Of a DNA stretch of 64,000 nucleotides, positions 38,200-49,435 are shown piece after piece; within the stretch, counting starts at the first letter, position 1, and the number at the start of each line of letters is the position of its first letter. The translations under genes were made by a program, and so were the position numbers. The notes under the pieces are model-generated. The model made no database searches. It saw nothing but the letters and a program-made list of their open reading frames with translations, and was not told the DNA's origin. Origin of the DNA: Candidatus Cloacimonadales bacterium (GTDB lineage: Bacteria; Cloacimonadota; Cloacimonadia; Cloacimonadales; JAIOQZ01); the NCBI GenBank assembly GCA_963666875.2, contig CAXXPU010000003.1, forward strand, positions 7,114 to 71,113. The letters run 5' to 3'.

Positions 38200-38613
38200 T
38201 TACCACACTTTACAGATATACTCGCCGCCCAGGTTTTCACTACGGGCGACGCGATCGGTAAACACGCCACGATTAGTTGAAATGATGGCGCAGCCGGTGT
38301 TATTGAATACCGACGGTACGTTGCCGGCCTTCAGATACACACGGCGGCCGGGACGGCTGACGCGCTCGATTCCGCGCATCACCGAGTCACCGGTGTTGGT
38401 ATATCGCAGGTTGATGGATATCTGTTTTCGGTTGATGTTCTTTTTGGGATCGCGCTCGATGAGATCGTAATTGTTCAGATAGTTCTCCTCGGCGAGAATC
38501 CGGATGATCGACTCAACCACACTACTATGGTTCACGCGAACAGTCATGTGTTTCGCGCCATATGCGTTTCGAATCTTGGTCAATGCATCTGCAATCGGAT
38601 CGGTAACGCTCAT
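38200..38613 (-). CDS. rpsH: 30S ribosomal protein S8
   Basis: MSVTDPIADALTKIRNA... Confidence 0.96.
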   Translation of the reverse strand: MSVTDPIADALTKIRNAYGAKHMTVRVNHSSVVESIIRILAEENYLNNYDLIERDPKKNINRKQISINLRYTNTGDSVMRGIERVSRPGRRVYLKAGNVPSVFNNTGCAIISTNRGVFTDRVARSENLGGEYICKVW

Positions 38614-38621
38614 TCTTCCTC

Positions 38622-38807
38622 CTACCAGCTCGCTCGCTTAACTCCAGGGACCTGTCCCTCGGAGGCAAGTTTACGGAAGCATAGACGGCACATGCCGAAG
38701 CGTCGGATATAAGCCCTTGATCTTCCGCAGAGTTTGCAGCGATTATACTTACGTACGCCAAACTTCGGTTCGCGCGCTTGCTTAACTCTAAGTGATTTCT
38801 TAGCCAT
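38622..38807 (-). CDS. rpsZ: 30S ribosomal protein S14, type Z (zinc-binding)
   Basis: 61 aa, containing [20 protein letters not shown]. Confidence 0.96.
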   Translation of the reverse strand: MAKKSLRVKQAREPKFGVRKYNRCKLCGRSRAYIRRFGMCRLCFRKLASEGQVPGVKRASW

Positions 38808-38836
38808 TGAATTCCATCCTTATATCTACAGATGAA

Positions 38837-39379
38837 TTATTTCTTACGGAAAGGCATTCCGAGCTGCCTGAGAAGCTCGAGCCCTTCTTCGTCGGTTTTC
38901 GCTGAAGAGATGATGTTGATATTCAAACCGCGAATCTTGTCAACTTTATCGTAATCGATTTCAGGAAAAACGGTTTGCTCTTTGATGCCCATCGAGTAAT
39001 TGCCGCGTCCGTCGAACGAGTTCCGCGGGGTTCCGTGGAAGTCGCGGATGCGGGGTATCACGATGGTGATCAGCCTGTCGAGGAATTCGTACATGACTTC
39101 GCCGCGAAGCGTAACCATGCAGCCAATCGGCATTCCCTGACGCAGTTTGAAGTTGGAGATCGACTTGGTCGCTTTGGTGATGACGGGTTTGCGTCCTGTG
39201 ATGGCGGTCATGTCCTTCACTGCGAAATCGAGAACCGCTTTGTTCTGGATCGCCTCGCCAACGCCCATGCTGACCACTACTTTCTCCAGCTTCGGAACCT
39301 GGTTTATGTTCTTATATTCAAAGTGTTTCATCAGTGCAGGAACGATTTCCTTCTGATACCTATCCTTGACCCGGTTCAT
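38837..39379 (-). CDS. rplE: 50S ribosomal protein L5
   Basis: [43 protein letters not shown]... Confidence 0.97.
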   Translation of the reverse strand: MNRVKDRYQKEIVPALMKHFEYKNINQVPKLEKVVVSMGVGEAIQNKAVLDFAVKDMTAITGRKPVITKATKSISNFKLRQGMPIGCMVTLRGEVMYEFLDRLITIVIPRIRDFHGTPRNSFDGRGNYSMGIKEQTVFPEIDYDKVDKIRGLNINIISSAKTDEEGLELLRQLGMPFRKK

Positions 39380-39389
39380 TCCTCACTCC

Positions 39390-39707
39390 TTATATCTCGT
39401 CGCCGGTCTTCTGGCACACGCGGATGCGCTTGCCGTCCGTTCCCTTGCGGAATACCGCGCGGGTGACTTCACCGGTCTTGTCGTTGATAAGTTTAACGTT
39501 CGAAACATGAATCGGGGCTTCCTTGGTCACAATTCCACCCTGGGGGTTCTGCTGGTTGGGCCGGATATGCTTCTTGATGAAATTCACTTTCTCCACCACG
39601 ACGCGCTGGGTCTTCGGGAAAGCCTTGAGGACTCTTCCCTTCACACCTTTGTATTTTCCGGTTATCACGACAACCGTGTCCCCTTTTTTGATTCTCATCT
39701 TTTCCAT
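39390..39707 (-). CDS. rplX: 50S ribosomal protein L24
   Basis: MRIKKGDTVVVITGKYKGVKGRV... Confidence 0.96.
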   Translation of the reverse strand: MEKMRIKKGDTVVVITGKYKGVKGRVLKAFPKTQRVVVEKVNFIKKHIRPNQQNPQGGIVTKEAPIHVSNVKLINDKTGEVTRAVFRKGTDGKRIRVCQKTGDEI

Positions 39708-39716
39708 TGTAATCTC

Positions 39717-40085
39717 CTACAGCACTTCTGGAGCCAGCGAAATAATCTTGGTGAAGTGTTTTTCCCTGAGTTCACGGGCTACCGGACCGAAAATACGAGT
39801 GGCTTTCGGTTCACCACGATCATCGATGATTACCGCCGCGTTATCCTGGAAACGGATATAGGATCCATCCGGGCGACGTACTTCCTTGGCTGTCCGAACA
39901 ATCACCGCATGCTCAACGCTTCCCTTTTTGACCTTGCCGGTCGGGGTCGCGGATTTGATCGCAACAATGATAATATCGCCCACCGTTGCATACTTACGGC
40001 GCGTTCCGCCAAGGACTTTGATGCACATGCACTTCTTTGCCCCGGAGTTGTCAGCGACGTTTAAAATTGTCTGGGCCTGTATCAT
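39717..40085 (-). CDS. rplN: 50S ribosomal protein L14
   Basis: [27 protein letters not shown]... Confidence 0.98.
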   Translation of the reverse strand: MIQAQTILNVADNSGAKKCMCIKVLGGTRRKYATVGDIIIVAIKSATPTGKVKKGSVEHAVIVRTAKEVRRPDGSYIRFQDNAAVIIDDRGEPKATRIFGPVARELREKHFTKIISLAPEVL

Positions 40086-40096
40086 TCGTATGCTCC

Positions 40097-40351
40097 TTAT
40101 TTACTTCTTTCGATAATCCTGGAAAGCTCCCAGCGCTTCTGTTTGCTCAGGGGACGGCATTCCTGAATCTCGACCGTGTCGCCGATACGGCAGTCGTTGG
40201 TCTCGTCGTGCGCCTTGAACTTCTTGTCCAAACGAACGAATTTCTTGTAAAGCGGGTGCATAAACTGACGCTTCACCCGGACAACGATCGTTTTGTCCAT
40301 CTTGTCGCTAACGACAACACCGACCTTTTTAACCTTGCGTCCTGTTGCCAT
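40097..40351 (-). CDS. rpsQ: 30S ribosomal protein S17
   Basis: [32 protein letters not shown]... Confidence 0.96.
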   Translation of the reverse strand: MATGRKVKKVGVVVSDKMDKTIVVRVKRQFMHPLYKKFVRLDKKFKAHDETNDCRIGDTVEIQECRPLSKQKRWELSRIIERSK

Positions 40352-40353
40352 TA

Positions 40354-40548
40354 TTACCTCTTTTCCGCTCTCTCGGTCTGTAGTGTTTTGATCCGGGCGA
40401 TGTCCTTGCGAACCGCTTTCATGCGAAGCGGGTTCTCGAGCCTGTTCATCGCCTTCTGGAATCTGAGTTTAAAATACTCTTCCCGAAGGTCTTCGAGCTT
40501 CTGGTTCAATTCTTCATTGCTGAAATCGCGAAGTTCCGCTATCTTCAT
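40354..40548 (-). CDS. rpmC: 50S ribosomal protein L29
   Basis: [31 protein letters not shown]... Confidence 0.95.
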   Translation of the reverse strand: MKIAELRDFSNEELNQKLEDLREEYFKLRFQKAMNRLENPLRMKAVRKDIARIKTLQTERAEKR

Positions 40549-40964
40549 AACTCAACTCCTTCCCGGCAGACGACCTTTGTCTTGATCGGGAGCTTATGCA
40601 TCGCCAGGCGGAATGCGTCCTTGGCGATCTGGGTATCGACACCTTCGATCTCGAAGAGTACTCGACCCGGTTTGACAACCGCTACCCAGTACTCGGGAGC
40701 GCCTTTACCTTTACCCATACGGGTTTCGGCCGGTTTCTGCGTGACGGGCTTGTCCGGGAATATGCGAATCCAGACTTTACCTTTACGTTGCATCTTACGG
40801 GTGATTGCCACACGAGCTGCCTCGATCTGCCGGCTGGTGAGCCAGCCGTCCTGCAGCGCGATGATTCCGAAATCGCCGAAATCGACGTTGGATCCACGCC
40901 AGGCGAGACCTGTGCGGCGTCCCCGCATTTTCTTTCTGTATTTAACTTTTTTCGGTGCTAACAT
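40545..40964 (-). CDS. rplP: 50S ribosomal protein L16
   Basis: [21 protein letters not shown]... Confidence 0.97.
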   Translation of the reverse strand: MLAPKKVKYRKKMRGRRTGLAWRGSNVDFGDFGIIALQDGWLTSRQIEAARVAITRKMQRKGKVWIRIFPDKPVTQKPAETRMGKGKGAPEYWVAVVKPGRVLFEIEGVDTQIAKDAFRLAMHKLPIKTKVVCREGVEL

Positions 40965-40992
40965 TCCCTATCTCCTTTGATCCTGTCAGAGG

Positions 40993-41643
40993 CTATCTGT
41001 CCAGGATTTCACCTTTATTGATCCACACCTTGATGCCGATCACACCGTAGGTGGTCTGACAGACGGTCACGGCGTAGTCAATATCTGCCCGGAGTGTATG
41101 AAGAGGAGTTCTGCCTTCCTGGTAGCGCTCGGTACGTGCCATGTCGGCTCCGCCAAGGCGTCCGGAACACTGAATCTTGATCCCTTCCGCACCGTCGCGC
41201 TTGGCGTTGCGAATCGCCATCTTCATCGCGCGGCGGAACGAAACTCTCTCACGGAGTTGACGGGCAACTTCCATGCCGACGAGTTGTGCATCCAGCCAGG
41301 GTTTCTTGATTTCGTGAATGTTAATGAATACATTCAATTTCGCTTCTCTGTCCTTGTTCAGCAGAACGGTCAATTCGTTGCGAAGTGCTTCGATTTCGGC
41401 ACCCTTCTTACCAATCACCTGTCCGGGACGGGACGTGTGGATGTCGATGTTGATCGAGTTCGCCTTGCGCATCAAACGAACCTTTGATACCATGGCACCG
41501 CGAAGGCGCTGCTGGACATATTTCTTAACCTTAAGGTCTTCCATCAGATTATCGACGTACTCTTCGCCCTTCGCGAACCATACTGAGTCGTAATCTTTAT
41601 TTATACCCAGTCGGTATAATACCGGATTTATCTTCTGACCCAA
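40993..41643 (-). CDS. rpsC: 30S ribosomal protein S3, TTG start
   Basis: The conserved N-terminus GQKINPVLYRLG begins at TTG 41643, preceded by GGAGGA 5 nt upstream. The upstream part of the listed ORF lies within the 3' end of rplV, in a different reading frame. Confidence 0.93.
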   Translation of the reverse strand: MGQKINPVLYRLGINKDYDSVWFAKGEEYVDNLMEDLKVKKYVQQRLRGAMVSKVRLMRKANSINIDIHTSRPGQVIGKKGAEIEALRNELTVLLNKDREAKLNVFINIHEIKKPWLDAQLVGMEVARQLRERVSFRRAMKMAIRNAKRDGAEGIKIQCSGRLGGADMARTERYQEGRTPLHTLRADIDYAVTVCQTTYGVIGIKVWINKGEILDR

Positions 41644-41644
41644 G

Positions 41645-41992
41645 CTATTCCTCCCCTTCATTATCGGATATACCGACCGTGATATGGCACGACTTCCTGC
41701 GAATGATTGTTGCTCTGCCATGTGCGCGTTGCATGTAACGCTTCATGATGGGACCTTCGTCTGCGAATGCTTCGTGCACGCGCATATTATCGACTTCGGC
41801 CTTACCTTCTTTATTCTCGGCGTTTGCGATAGCCGCATTCAGCAGCTTCTGGATATTTACAGCAACCCGCTTCTCTGAAAAAGCCAGGATTGTCTGAGCT
41901 TCCGTTACACGCTTGCCGCGAATCAGATCGAGGACCAACCTTGCCTTTCTGGCCGAACCCCGTAAGTTTCGTACTCTTGCGAAAGCTTCCAT
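41645..41992 (-). CDS. rplV: 50S ribosomal protein L22
   Basis: MEAFARVRNLRGSARKARLVLDLIRGK... Confidence 0.96.
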   Translation of the reverse strand: MEAFARVRNLRGSARKARLVLDLIRGKRVTEAQTILAFSEKRVAVNIQKLLNAAIANAENKEGKAEVDNMRVHEAFADEGPIMKRYMQRAHGRATIIRRKSCHITVGISDNEGEE

Positions 41993-42013
41993 TCCATATA
42001 CCCCTTGCTGCTA

Positions 42014-42286
42014 TTAACCTTTTTTCTTCTTCTCTTTGTGCCCGCGATAGGTGCGTGTCGGCGAGAATTCGCCCAGCTTGTGACCCACCATGTTTTCGGT
42101 TACGTAAACCGGCACAAATTTGCGACCGTTGTGTACGGCGAAGGTGTGACCGATGAAATCGGGAAGAATCATCGAGCGTCTCGACCAGGTCTTGACAACC
42201 TGCTTCTTCTCTTCTTCGTTCAACTTCTCAACTTTCGCCATCAAATGATCGTCAACGAACGGTCCTTTCTTGATCGAACGAGCCAT
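42014..42286 (-). CDS. rpsS: 30S ribosomal protein S19
   Basis: [19 protein letters not shown]...[29 protein letters not shown]. Confidence 0.98.
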   Translation of the reverse strand: MARSIKKGPFVDDHLMAKVEKLNEEEKKQVVKTWSRRSMILPDFIGHTFAVHNGRKFVPVYVTENMVGHKLGEFSPTRTYRGHKEKKKKG

Positions 42287-42298
42287 ATATCCGTACTC

Positions 42299-43126
42299 CT
42301 ATTTCTTGGACGACTTGATAATATATTTATCGGAATATTTCTTGTGCTTGCGGGTCTTACCGCCCTTGGCAAGCACGCCCCACGGCGACACGGGATGACC
42401 GCCGCCGGAGGTTCTTCCTTCACCACCACCCATCGGGTGATCGACCGGGTTCATCACAACACCGCGAACGGTCGGGCGGATACCCATCCAGCGCTTTCTT
42501 CCTGCCTTACCGATGGTAATCAGGTTGTGCTCGATGTTGCCGACCTGTCCGATGGTCGCGTAACATTCCTTGCGAAGCTGATAGACGTCGCCGGAGGGGA
42601 TGCGTACGTGAACGTAGCCGCCTTCTTTCGCGATGACCTGGGCGCTCGAGCCTGCGCTGCGCGCAATCTGTCCGCCGCGTCCTGCTTTGAATTCGATATT
42701 GTGAACGATTGTACCGAGTGGAATCTTCGCGAGCGGCATGGCGTTGCCGGTGCGGATCGGCACGTTCTCGCCGGAAATCACGAAGTCATCCACGTTCAAG
42801 CCGACCGGTGCGAGGATATAGCGTTTCTCGCCATCGATGTAGTGAAGCAGGGCGATGCGGGCGCTGCGGTTGGGATCGTATTCGATCGAAGCAACTCTCG
42901 CTTTGATATCCGGCTTGTTCCGCTTGAAGTCGATAATCCGGTAATGTCTCTTGTGACCGCCACCGTGATGACGACAGGTAATGCGACCCTGGTTGTTGCG
43001 TCCGGCCTTTTTGGGCTGCGGACGAAGCAGGGACTTCTCCGGTGTCGAGGTCGTAATTTCCTCGAAGGAGTAACCGGTCCTGAACCGCATTGTCGGTGTA
43101 ATCGGTTTATACTTTTTGATCGCCAT
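42299..43126 (-). CDS. rplB: 50S ribosomal protein L2
   Basis: [15 protein letters not shown]...[17 protein letters not shown]... Confidence 0.98.
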   Translation of the reverse strand: MAIKKYKPITPTMRFRTGYSFEEITTSTPEKSLLRPQPKKAGRNNQGRITCRHHGGGHKRHYRIIDFKRNKPDIKARVASIEYDPNRSARIALLHYIDGEKRYILAPVGLNVDDFVISGENVPIRTGNAMPLAKIPLGTIVHNIEFKAGRGGQIARSAGSSAQVIAKEGGYVHVRIPSGDVYQLRKECYATIGQVGNIEHNLITIGKAGRKRWMGIRPTVRGVVMNPVDHPMGGGEGRTSGGGHPVSPWGVLAKGGKTRKHKKYSDKYIIKSSKK

Positions 43127-43141
43127 TGTCTGTCTCCCTTA

Positions 43142-43429
43142 TCATAGCTCGAGCTGCGGGATGCTCTGACCCTGCTCGAGTGTAACAATCGCCTTTTTCC
43201 AGTCCGGGCGCTTACCGAGCTCTCTACGAACGCGGCGCATCTTGCCGCGCATACGGATGGTATTCACGCAATCGACTTTGACGGAAAAGACCTTCTCGAT
43301 CGCCTGCTTGATCTCGATCTTGTTTGCATTGATACTGACGCGGAACGTGTAGCTGTTCTGCTTCGCCTTCAGCGCCGAGCTCTTCTCGGTGAGGATCGGG
43401 GAAATGATGATTTCACGTTCGTGTTTCAT
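43142..43429 (-). CDS. rplW: 50S ribosomal protein L23
   Basis: IISPILTEKSSALK...FRVSINANKIEIKQAIEKVF. Confidence 0.95.
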   Translation of the reverse strand: MKHEREIIISPILTEKSSALKAKQNSYTFRVSINANKIEIKQAIEKVFSVKVDCVNTIRMRGKMRRVRRELGKRPDWKKAIVTLEQGQSIPQLEL

Positions 43430-44061
43430 TTTCCAAATACCTCCTCTACTTTTTTCAGCGCCTGAGCGGTCAGAACCAGATGTTCGCAGTTCAGGACTTC
43501 ATAAGCGAAAACGCCGTCCGCGCGGTCGAGCCGAACATCGGTCATGTTCGAAAACGAGCGGATAACGCTTGTGTCGCTGCCGTCGATCAGGACGAGTTTC
43601 TTCCCGCTTTCGGGGAGCATCTTGTCGATGATTTGGCGTGCAGCCTTGTAGTTCGGTTTTTCAAATCTGATATCTTCGATCACGACAACGTTGCCGCTTT
43701 TGGCGCGTTCGCTGAGCGCGATCTTGAGAGCTAAGCGTTTCTTCTTGATGGGGATGTGGCGCGACCAGTCTTTCGGAATAGGACCGAATGCATTACCGCC
43801 GCCAACGCGGACGACCGTGCGGCGATTACCGACACGTGCGTTACCGGTGCCTTTCTGGCGATACAGCTTGCGACCGCTGCCCTTTACGTCGGCGCGGAAC
43901 TTCACCGCGGCCGTTCCCTGACGCTGATTGCCAAGATACATCTTGATGACCTCGTAGATCACCGCATCCGGATTCTTGGCTTCAACGGCAAATAACGATT
44001 CGGGTAATTCCACGGTTCCGATCTGTTCCCCTGCTGCCGAATATTTTTTTGCCTCTATCAT
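43426..44061 (-). CDS. rplD: 50S ribosomal protein L4
   Basis: I place the start at ATG 44061 (MIEAKKYSAAGEQIGTVELP...). RQGTAAVKFRADVKGSGRKLYRQKGTGNAR. Confidence 0.95.
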   Translation of the reverse strand: MIEAKKYSAAGEQIGTVELPESLFAVEAKNPDAVIYEVIKMYLGNQRQGTAAVKFRADVKGSGRKLYRQKGTGNARVGNRRTVVRVGGGNAFGPIPKDWSRHIPIKKKRLALKIALSERAKSGNVVVIEDIRFEKPNYKAARQIIDKMLPESGKKLVLIDGSDTSVIRSFSNMTDVRLDRADGVFAYEVLNCEHLVLTAQALKKVEEVFGK

Positions 44062-44096
44062 ACCTGTTTCCTCATGATTTTCTTGTAACCCAAGGG

Positions 44097-44720
44097 CTAC
44101 AGTTCCTTCTTCAGAAGCACGATGCTGTCTTTGTGACCCGGAACAGCGCCCTGGACCATTACCAGATTCTGCTCGGGAATCACTTTCACAACCTTCAGGT
44201 TCTTTACGGATACCTGGTCCACACCGTAATGTCCGGCCATCTTGCGACCCTTGAACACGCGAGACGGTGTTGCGCACTGACCAATCGATCCCGGTCCGCG
44301 AAACGACTCGTGAACACCGTGGGTTGCCTTGAAGCCGTGGAAGTTGTGGCGCTTCATCACACCCGCAAATCCACGACCCTTGGACGTGCCCTGAACTGTC
44401 AGGAGCTCGTTTTCCTGGAACATGGAAACGTCGAACACCTCGCCTTCGGCTATATCTTTGTAAACCTTCAGGCGGAATTCGCGAAGAACCCGGTATGACG
44501 GGCTGTTATGCTTCTTGTAATGATTGCGTTGAGGTTTTTTCACCTTTTTGTCATCGACTTTATCGTATCCGAGCTGTACGGCAACGTATCCGTCTTTTTC
44601 CAAGGTTTTCTTCTGGATCACCTGGCAGGGACCTGCCTGGATAACGGTCACGGGAGTCACCTTTCCGGATTCGTCGAAGACCTGCGTCATGCCTACTTTC
44701 TTACCAATCAGTCCGATCAT
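44097..44720 (-). CDS. rplC: 50S ribosomal protein L3
   Basis: [32 protein letters not shown]... Confidence 0.97.
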   Translation of the reverse strand: MIGLIGKKVGMTQVFDESGKVTPVTVIQAGPCQVIQKKTLEKDGYVAVQLGYDKVDDKKVKKPQRNHYKKHNSPSYRVLREFRLKVYKDIAEGEVFDVSMFQENELLTVQGTSKGRGFAGVMKRHNFHGFKATHGVHESFRGPGSIGQCATPSRVFKGRKMAGHYGVDQVSVKNLKVVKVIPEQNLVMVQGAVPGHKDSIVLLKKEL

Positions 44721-44731
44721 GATTCACCCCT

Positions 44732-45049
44732 TTACGCCTTGATCTCCACGTGAACGCCTGCCGGCAGGCTGAGCTTCTTCAGAGCGCCCGTAGTCTGCGG
44801 CGTGGGATTCACGATATCGACCAAACGTTTGTGAACCAGCATTTCGAACTGGTCTTCAGATTTCTTGTCAACATGCGGAGACCGGTGTACGGTATAGATC
44901 GTGCGCTCGGTCGGCAACGGAATCGGACCCATGATCTTGGCGCCCGTGTTCCTGGTGCTTTTAATAATTTCAGCAACGGATTTGTCCAAAAGACGATAAT
45001 CGTACGCTTTCAGCTTGATCCGTATTCTATTTTCTTTCGAATTAGCCAC
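44732..45049 (-). CDS. rpsJ: 30S ribosomal protein S10
   Basis: [21 protein letters not shown]... Confidence 0.97.
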   Translation of the reverse strand: MANSKENRIRIKLKAYDYRLLDKSVAEIIKSTRNTGAKIMGPIPLPTERTIYTVHRSPHVDKKSEDQFEMLVHKRLVDIVNPTPQTTGALKKLSLPAGVHVEIKA

Positions 45050-45061
45050 ATTTCCTCCAGA

Positions 45062-46246
<1,185 letters not shown>

Positions 46247-46500
46247 GATTCCTCCTTGGCTCTAATGATCGATAACTCTGCACCTTATGCAGAATTTCCC
46301 TTCGGCGGACACAATTTTATTCCGCCTGTGAGCGCTGAAATTCCCCCATATAGTTTTTATGTCAAACGTTTTTTTGCGTTTCCGCTATTTTTTTCAAAAA
46401 CAACGAGTTAACCTTGAGCGCATAGGACTCAAGGATGTGTGTTTTCCCGGCATTTCTGAACAAATAGAAATGTTTGGCGAGGTCTTCGTTGGTCAAAGAA

Positions 46501-46530
46501 AAGGAAAAATGAGCAGGCAAAGGTGCCTGC
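46501..46530 (-). terminator. candidate rho-independent terminator downstream of pmbA
   Basis: The minus strand reads GCAGGCA-CCTT-TGCCTGC followed by TCATTTTTCCTTTT. Confidence 0.55.
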
Positions 46531-46548
46531 GTACCACTTGGAAGAGAA

Positions 46549-46570
46549 GGGCAGGCACGGAGACCTGCCC
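46549..46570 (-). terminator. GC-rich hairpin immediately after the pmbA stop; first of two tandem hairpins
   Basis: GGGCAGG-N8-CCTGCCC, followed on the minus strand by TTCTCTTCC. Confidence 0.45.
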
Positions 46571-46585
46571 CCTTACGCAAAATGG

Positions 46586-47881
46586 TTACTTCCCTGAAAT
46601 CACCACGCCTTTCGCGCGGATCCAGGGCAGGATACCGCTGCCAAAATCGACGCGCTCCTCGGAGATCGCGGTGATATTCATCAGAAGCTGTGCGAGGTTA
46701 CCGGAGATCATGGTCTCGCTGATCGGATAGAGAAGCTTTCCATCCTTTATATAGAAGCTGTTTTTCGCCACGCCGGAGAAATCGCCGTTATCGTTGGGCT
46801 GACCGCCGGAGAACCGCGACAGCAGAATTCCCTCTTCGATCCCCGCGATCATCTCCTGCAAGGATTGATTGCCCGGCTCGATCACGATGGCTCCACCGCC
46901 GGAGACCGCTCTTTCACCGCCGGACTTTTTTGCGCCGTATTGGGTCAGAACGAAGTTTTTCAGGACGCCATTCTCGATAATCGTCATGTCCTGTGCAGCG
47001 TAGCCGTCCATGGTGATGTGGTATCCCACCGCGATATCTGTCGAGTTCGGGACGGAATTGATGGTGAGTTCAGGCGCCGCGATCTGCTGTCCGAGTTTAT
47101 CGGCGTAAATGGACGATCCGCTGATGATGGGAATATCGCTCAGGTAGCCCAGGATGGAGCTGATGAACGAGGAGAGGCAATCCGGCGCGATGACGATCTG
47201 ACCCTCGACCTTCGAAGGAAACGGCTTGGGATGCAGGTGTTCGACCGATTGCTCCATCAGGGTATCGACCGAGCCCATGCCCTGCAATTCCTTGTCCAGA
47301 TTGGTCATGCTGACGCCGGTGTAGTTGAAGGACGAGCTGATCTCGCCATCCTTGGAGGTGAACGCCGGACCGAAGCTGTAATAGCTGTTTTTTGAGACCA
47401 GGTTTACATCGTTCGTGTTAATATATAATGTATGCACGCGCGTGTAGTCGATTGATCCCATCTCGATGATGAGCTTGGGGTAGCGCTCGCGTGTGTAGGC
47501 CAGAAACGACACCAATCGGTTGTACATGCCATCCATGTCGGGGTCGTCGGGCCCGCTGCCGAATGATTCGTGCGGCTGATTCTCCGCGATATCGTTGGCG
47601 GGATCGGGCGGTGAGGATTCGATGCCCTGCATGAGCGATTCGACCGCCTTGTCGATCGCTTCCGGCTCGGTTTTATTGATGCGGATGCTGCTCTTGCGCT
47701 GGTCCTTGATGGCGCGCATGAGGAGGTTGCGTTCGAAGTTGGTGCGGATCAGGGTGATCTCGCCCACCTCGACGTTGATTTCCTGCTTTTCCACAAACGA
47801 GAAGAAGCACTCGGCCTTGTCCGCGCCGGCTTTCATCATCGCGTCGATCGCGTATTTTCCAGTAATTTCGAGCTGTTCCAT
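46586..47881 (-). CDS. pmbA: PmbA/TldE-family metallopeptidase component
   Basis: I place the start at ATG 47881 (MEQLEITGKYAIDAMMKAGADKAECFF). It shows TldD/PmbA family features but no HExxxH motif. It overlaps the tldD stop by 1 nt. Confidence 0.85.
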   Translation of the reverse strand: MEQLEITGKYAIDAMMKAGADKAECFFSFVEKQEINVEVGEITLIRTNFERNLLMRAIKDQRKSSIRINKTEPEAIDKAVESLMQGIESSPPDPANDIAENQPHESFGSGPDDPDMDGMYNRLVSFLAYTRERYPKLIIEMGSIDYTRVHTLYINTNDVNLVSKNSYYSFGPAFTSKDGEISSSFNYTGVSMTNLDKELQGMGSVDTLMEQSVEHLHPKPFPSKVEGQIVIAPDCLSSFISSILGYLSDIPIISGSSIYADKLGQQIAAPELTINSVPNSTDIAVGYHITMDGYAAQDMTIIENGVLKNFVLTQYGAKKSGGERAVSGGGAIVIEPGNQSLQEMIAGIEEGILLSRFSGGQPNDNGDFSGVAKNSFYIKDGKLLYPISETMISGNLAQLLMNITAISEERVDFGSGILPWIRAKGVVISGK

Positions 47882-49260
47882 TATCGACCTCCGATGTTGA
47901 TTCTGCACTTGATTGCCGGGCCGCCCATTCCGACGGGGATCATCTGTTTCTTGCCGCACATCCCTTCGCTGGACCACGACATGTCGTCCGAGATCATGGT
48001 GACCGTCTTGAGCATATCGAACGCCACGCCTGCGATGGTCGTATCGCGTACCGCCCTGCCCAGCTTACCGTTAGTAATCTCGTAACCGAACGGGATGCCG
48101 AACATGAATTCGCTGGTCGAATCCGCCTGTCCGTTGCTGAAACGGGTGAAGTAGTAGCCGTGTTCGATGGAGGCTATCATGTCCTCGAGCTTGCTCTTCC
48201 CGGGCAGGAAAGCCGTGTTCCGCATACGGATGAGCGGCTCGTCGTCGTAGTTGTAAGCACGTGCGTTACCGGTGGGTTCCACGCCGAAGTGCATCGCGGA
48301 AACTTTGTTGTGCAGGAACGATTTCAGGATACCGTTCTCGATCAGCACCACATCATTCGCTTCCACGCCTTCATCGTCGATATACATCGGAACCGGGCAT
48401 CGTACGCCCAATGCGGTATGCGCGAAATCGACCATGTTGACCAACGGTGACGCAACTTCCCTGTCGAGATAATGCTCCGCGATCGATCCGCCCATCACCA
48501 TGTCGGCTTCCACCGTGTGCCCGATCGCCTCATGCGCCAGCACACCCGCCAGACGCGCATCGAGTATCACGTCGTGCACGCCGGCATCGGGATAGACACC
48601 GTCGGCCTTCAACATCAGATCTTCATAAAGTCGGTCGATGCGTGGGTAGAGCTTCTCGATATCGCCGAGGAAGTCCTGGAACTGCCCAAGACCGCCCATT
48701 GTATCCAGCAATTCTATGGTCTCGTTGTTCTTCCGGATCGTGAGCGTGAAATACATAAGCATACGAGGCAGCATCGAGAAGGTGTGCGATCCTTCCGAGG
48801 TAATCAATTGTTTCTCCATCTCGAGGGTGTTGAGAACCACTACGCTGGACACAACGTCCTTCTTCTTACTCATGTATGCCTCGAACTCGCGCACGAACTC
48901 GACTTGTTCCTTATGACCGATCGCAGGCTTTCCACTACTGTAATCGATGTCCGATGTTCCAGGGCGAGAAGGAAGTTCGGGTAGGCCGAGGTGCTTTCTC
49001 GAATCGAGGAAATTAGCGTTCTCTGTAGCCTTCGCGATAATAGTCTGCACGGTGCTTGCGTTTATCACCGGATCGGAAGCGAATCCCCAGGCGCCACGCT
49101 TATATACACGCGCCGAGAGTCCGCTCTTCGAATTGAAACTGTTATCCATCATATTCCCGTTTGCCAGCATCAGATTTCGGGTGCGGTTATCCTGAACGCG
49201 CAATTCGGTGTAATCTTTGAATTGAGACAGACAGGATTTCAAATCCATTCGTTTTACCAT
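47881..49260 (-). CDS. tldD: TldD-family metallopeptidase
   Basis: 459 aa. LAHEAIGHTVEAD supplies the HExxxH motif, and the C-terminus is GMCGKKQ...PVGMGGP. Confidence 0.9.
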   Translation of the reverse strand: MVKRMDLKSCLSQFKDYTELRVQDNRTRNLMLANGNMMDNSFNSKSGLSARVYKRGAWGFASDPVINASTVQTIIAKATENANFLDSRKHLGLPELPSRPGTSDIDYSSGKPAIGHKEQVEFVREFEAYMSKKKDVVSSVVVLNTLEMEKQLITSEGSHTFSMLPRMLMYFTLTIRKNNETIELLDTMGGLGQFQDFLGDIEKLYPRIDRLYEDLMLKADGVYPDAGVHDVILDARLAGVLAHEAIGHTVEADMVMGGSIAEHYLDREVASPLVNMVDFAHTALGVRCPVPMYIDDEGVEANDVVLIENGILKSFLHNKVSAMHFGVEPTGNARAYNYDDEPLIRMRNTAFLPGKSKLEDMIASIEHGYYFTRFSNGQADSTSEFMFGIPFGYEITNGKLGRAVRDTTIAGVAFDMLKTVTMISDDMSWSSEGMCGKKQMIPVGMGGPAIKCRINIGGR

Positions 49261-49435
49261 AATGTCTCCTTTATATAGAACGATTTACTTTTTTACTCAG
49301 CATGTAATCATGATTTCGGGTCGATTTCTGTCAATGATTGAATTTTCCTGGCGTCGTCTGGATTCAGAAACGCATTGACAAACCTCCCCTGCGCTGAATT
49401 CTTACATCAAAATCAAGCACAGCAAGGAGCGAAGC

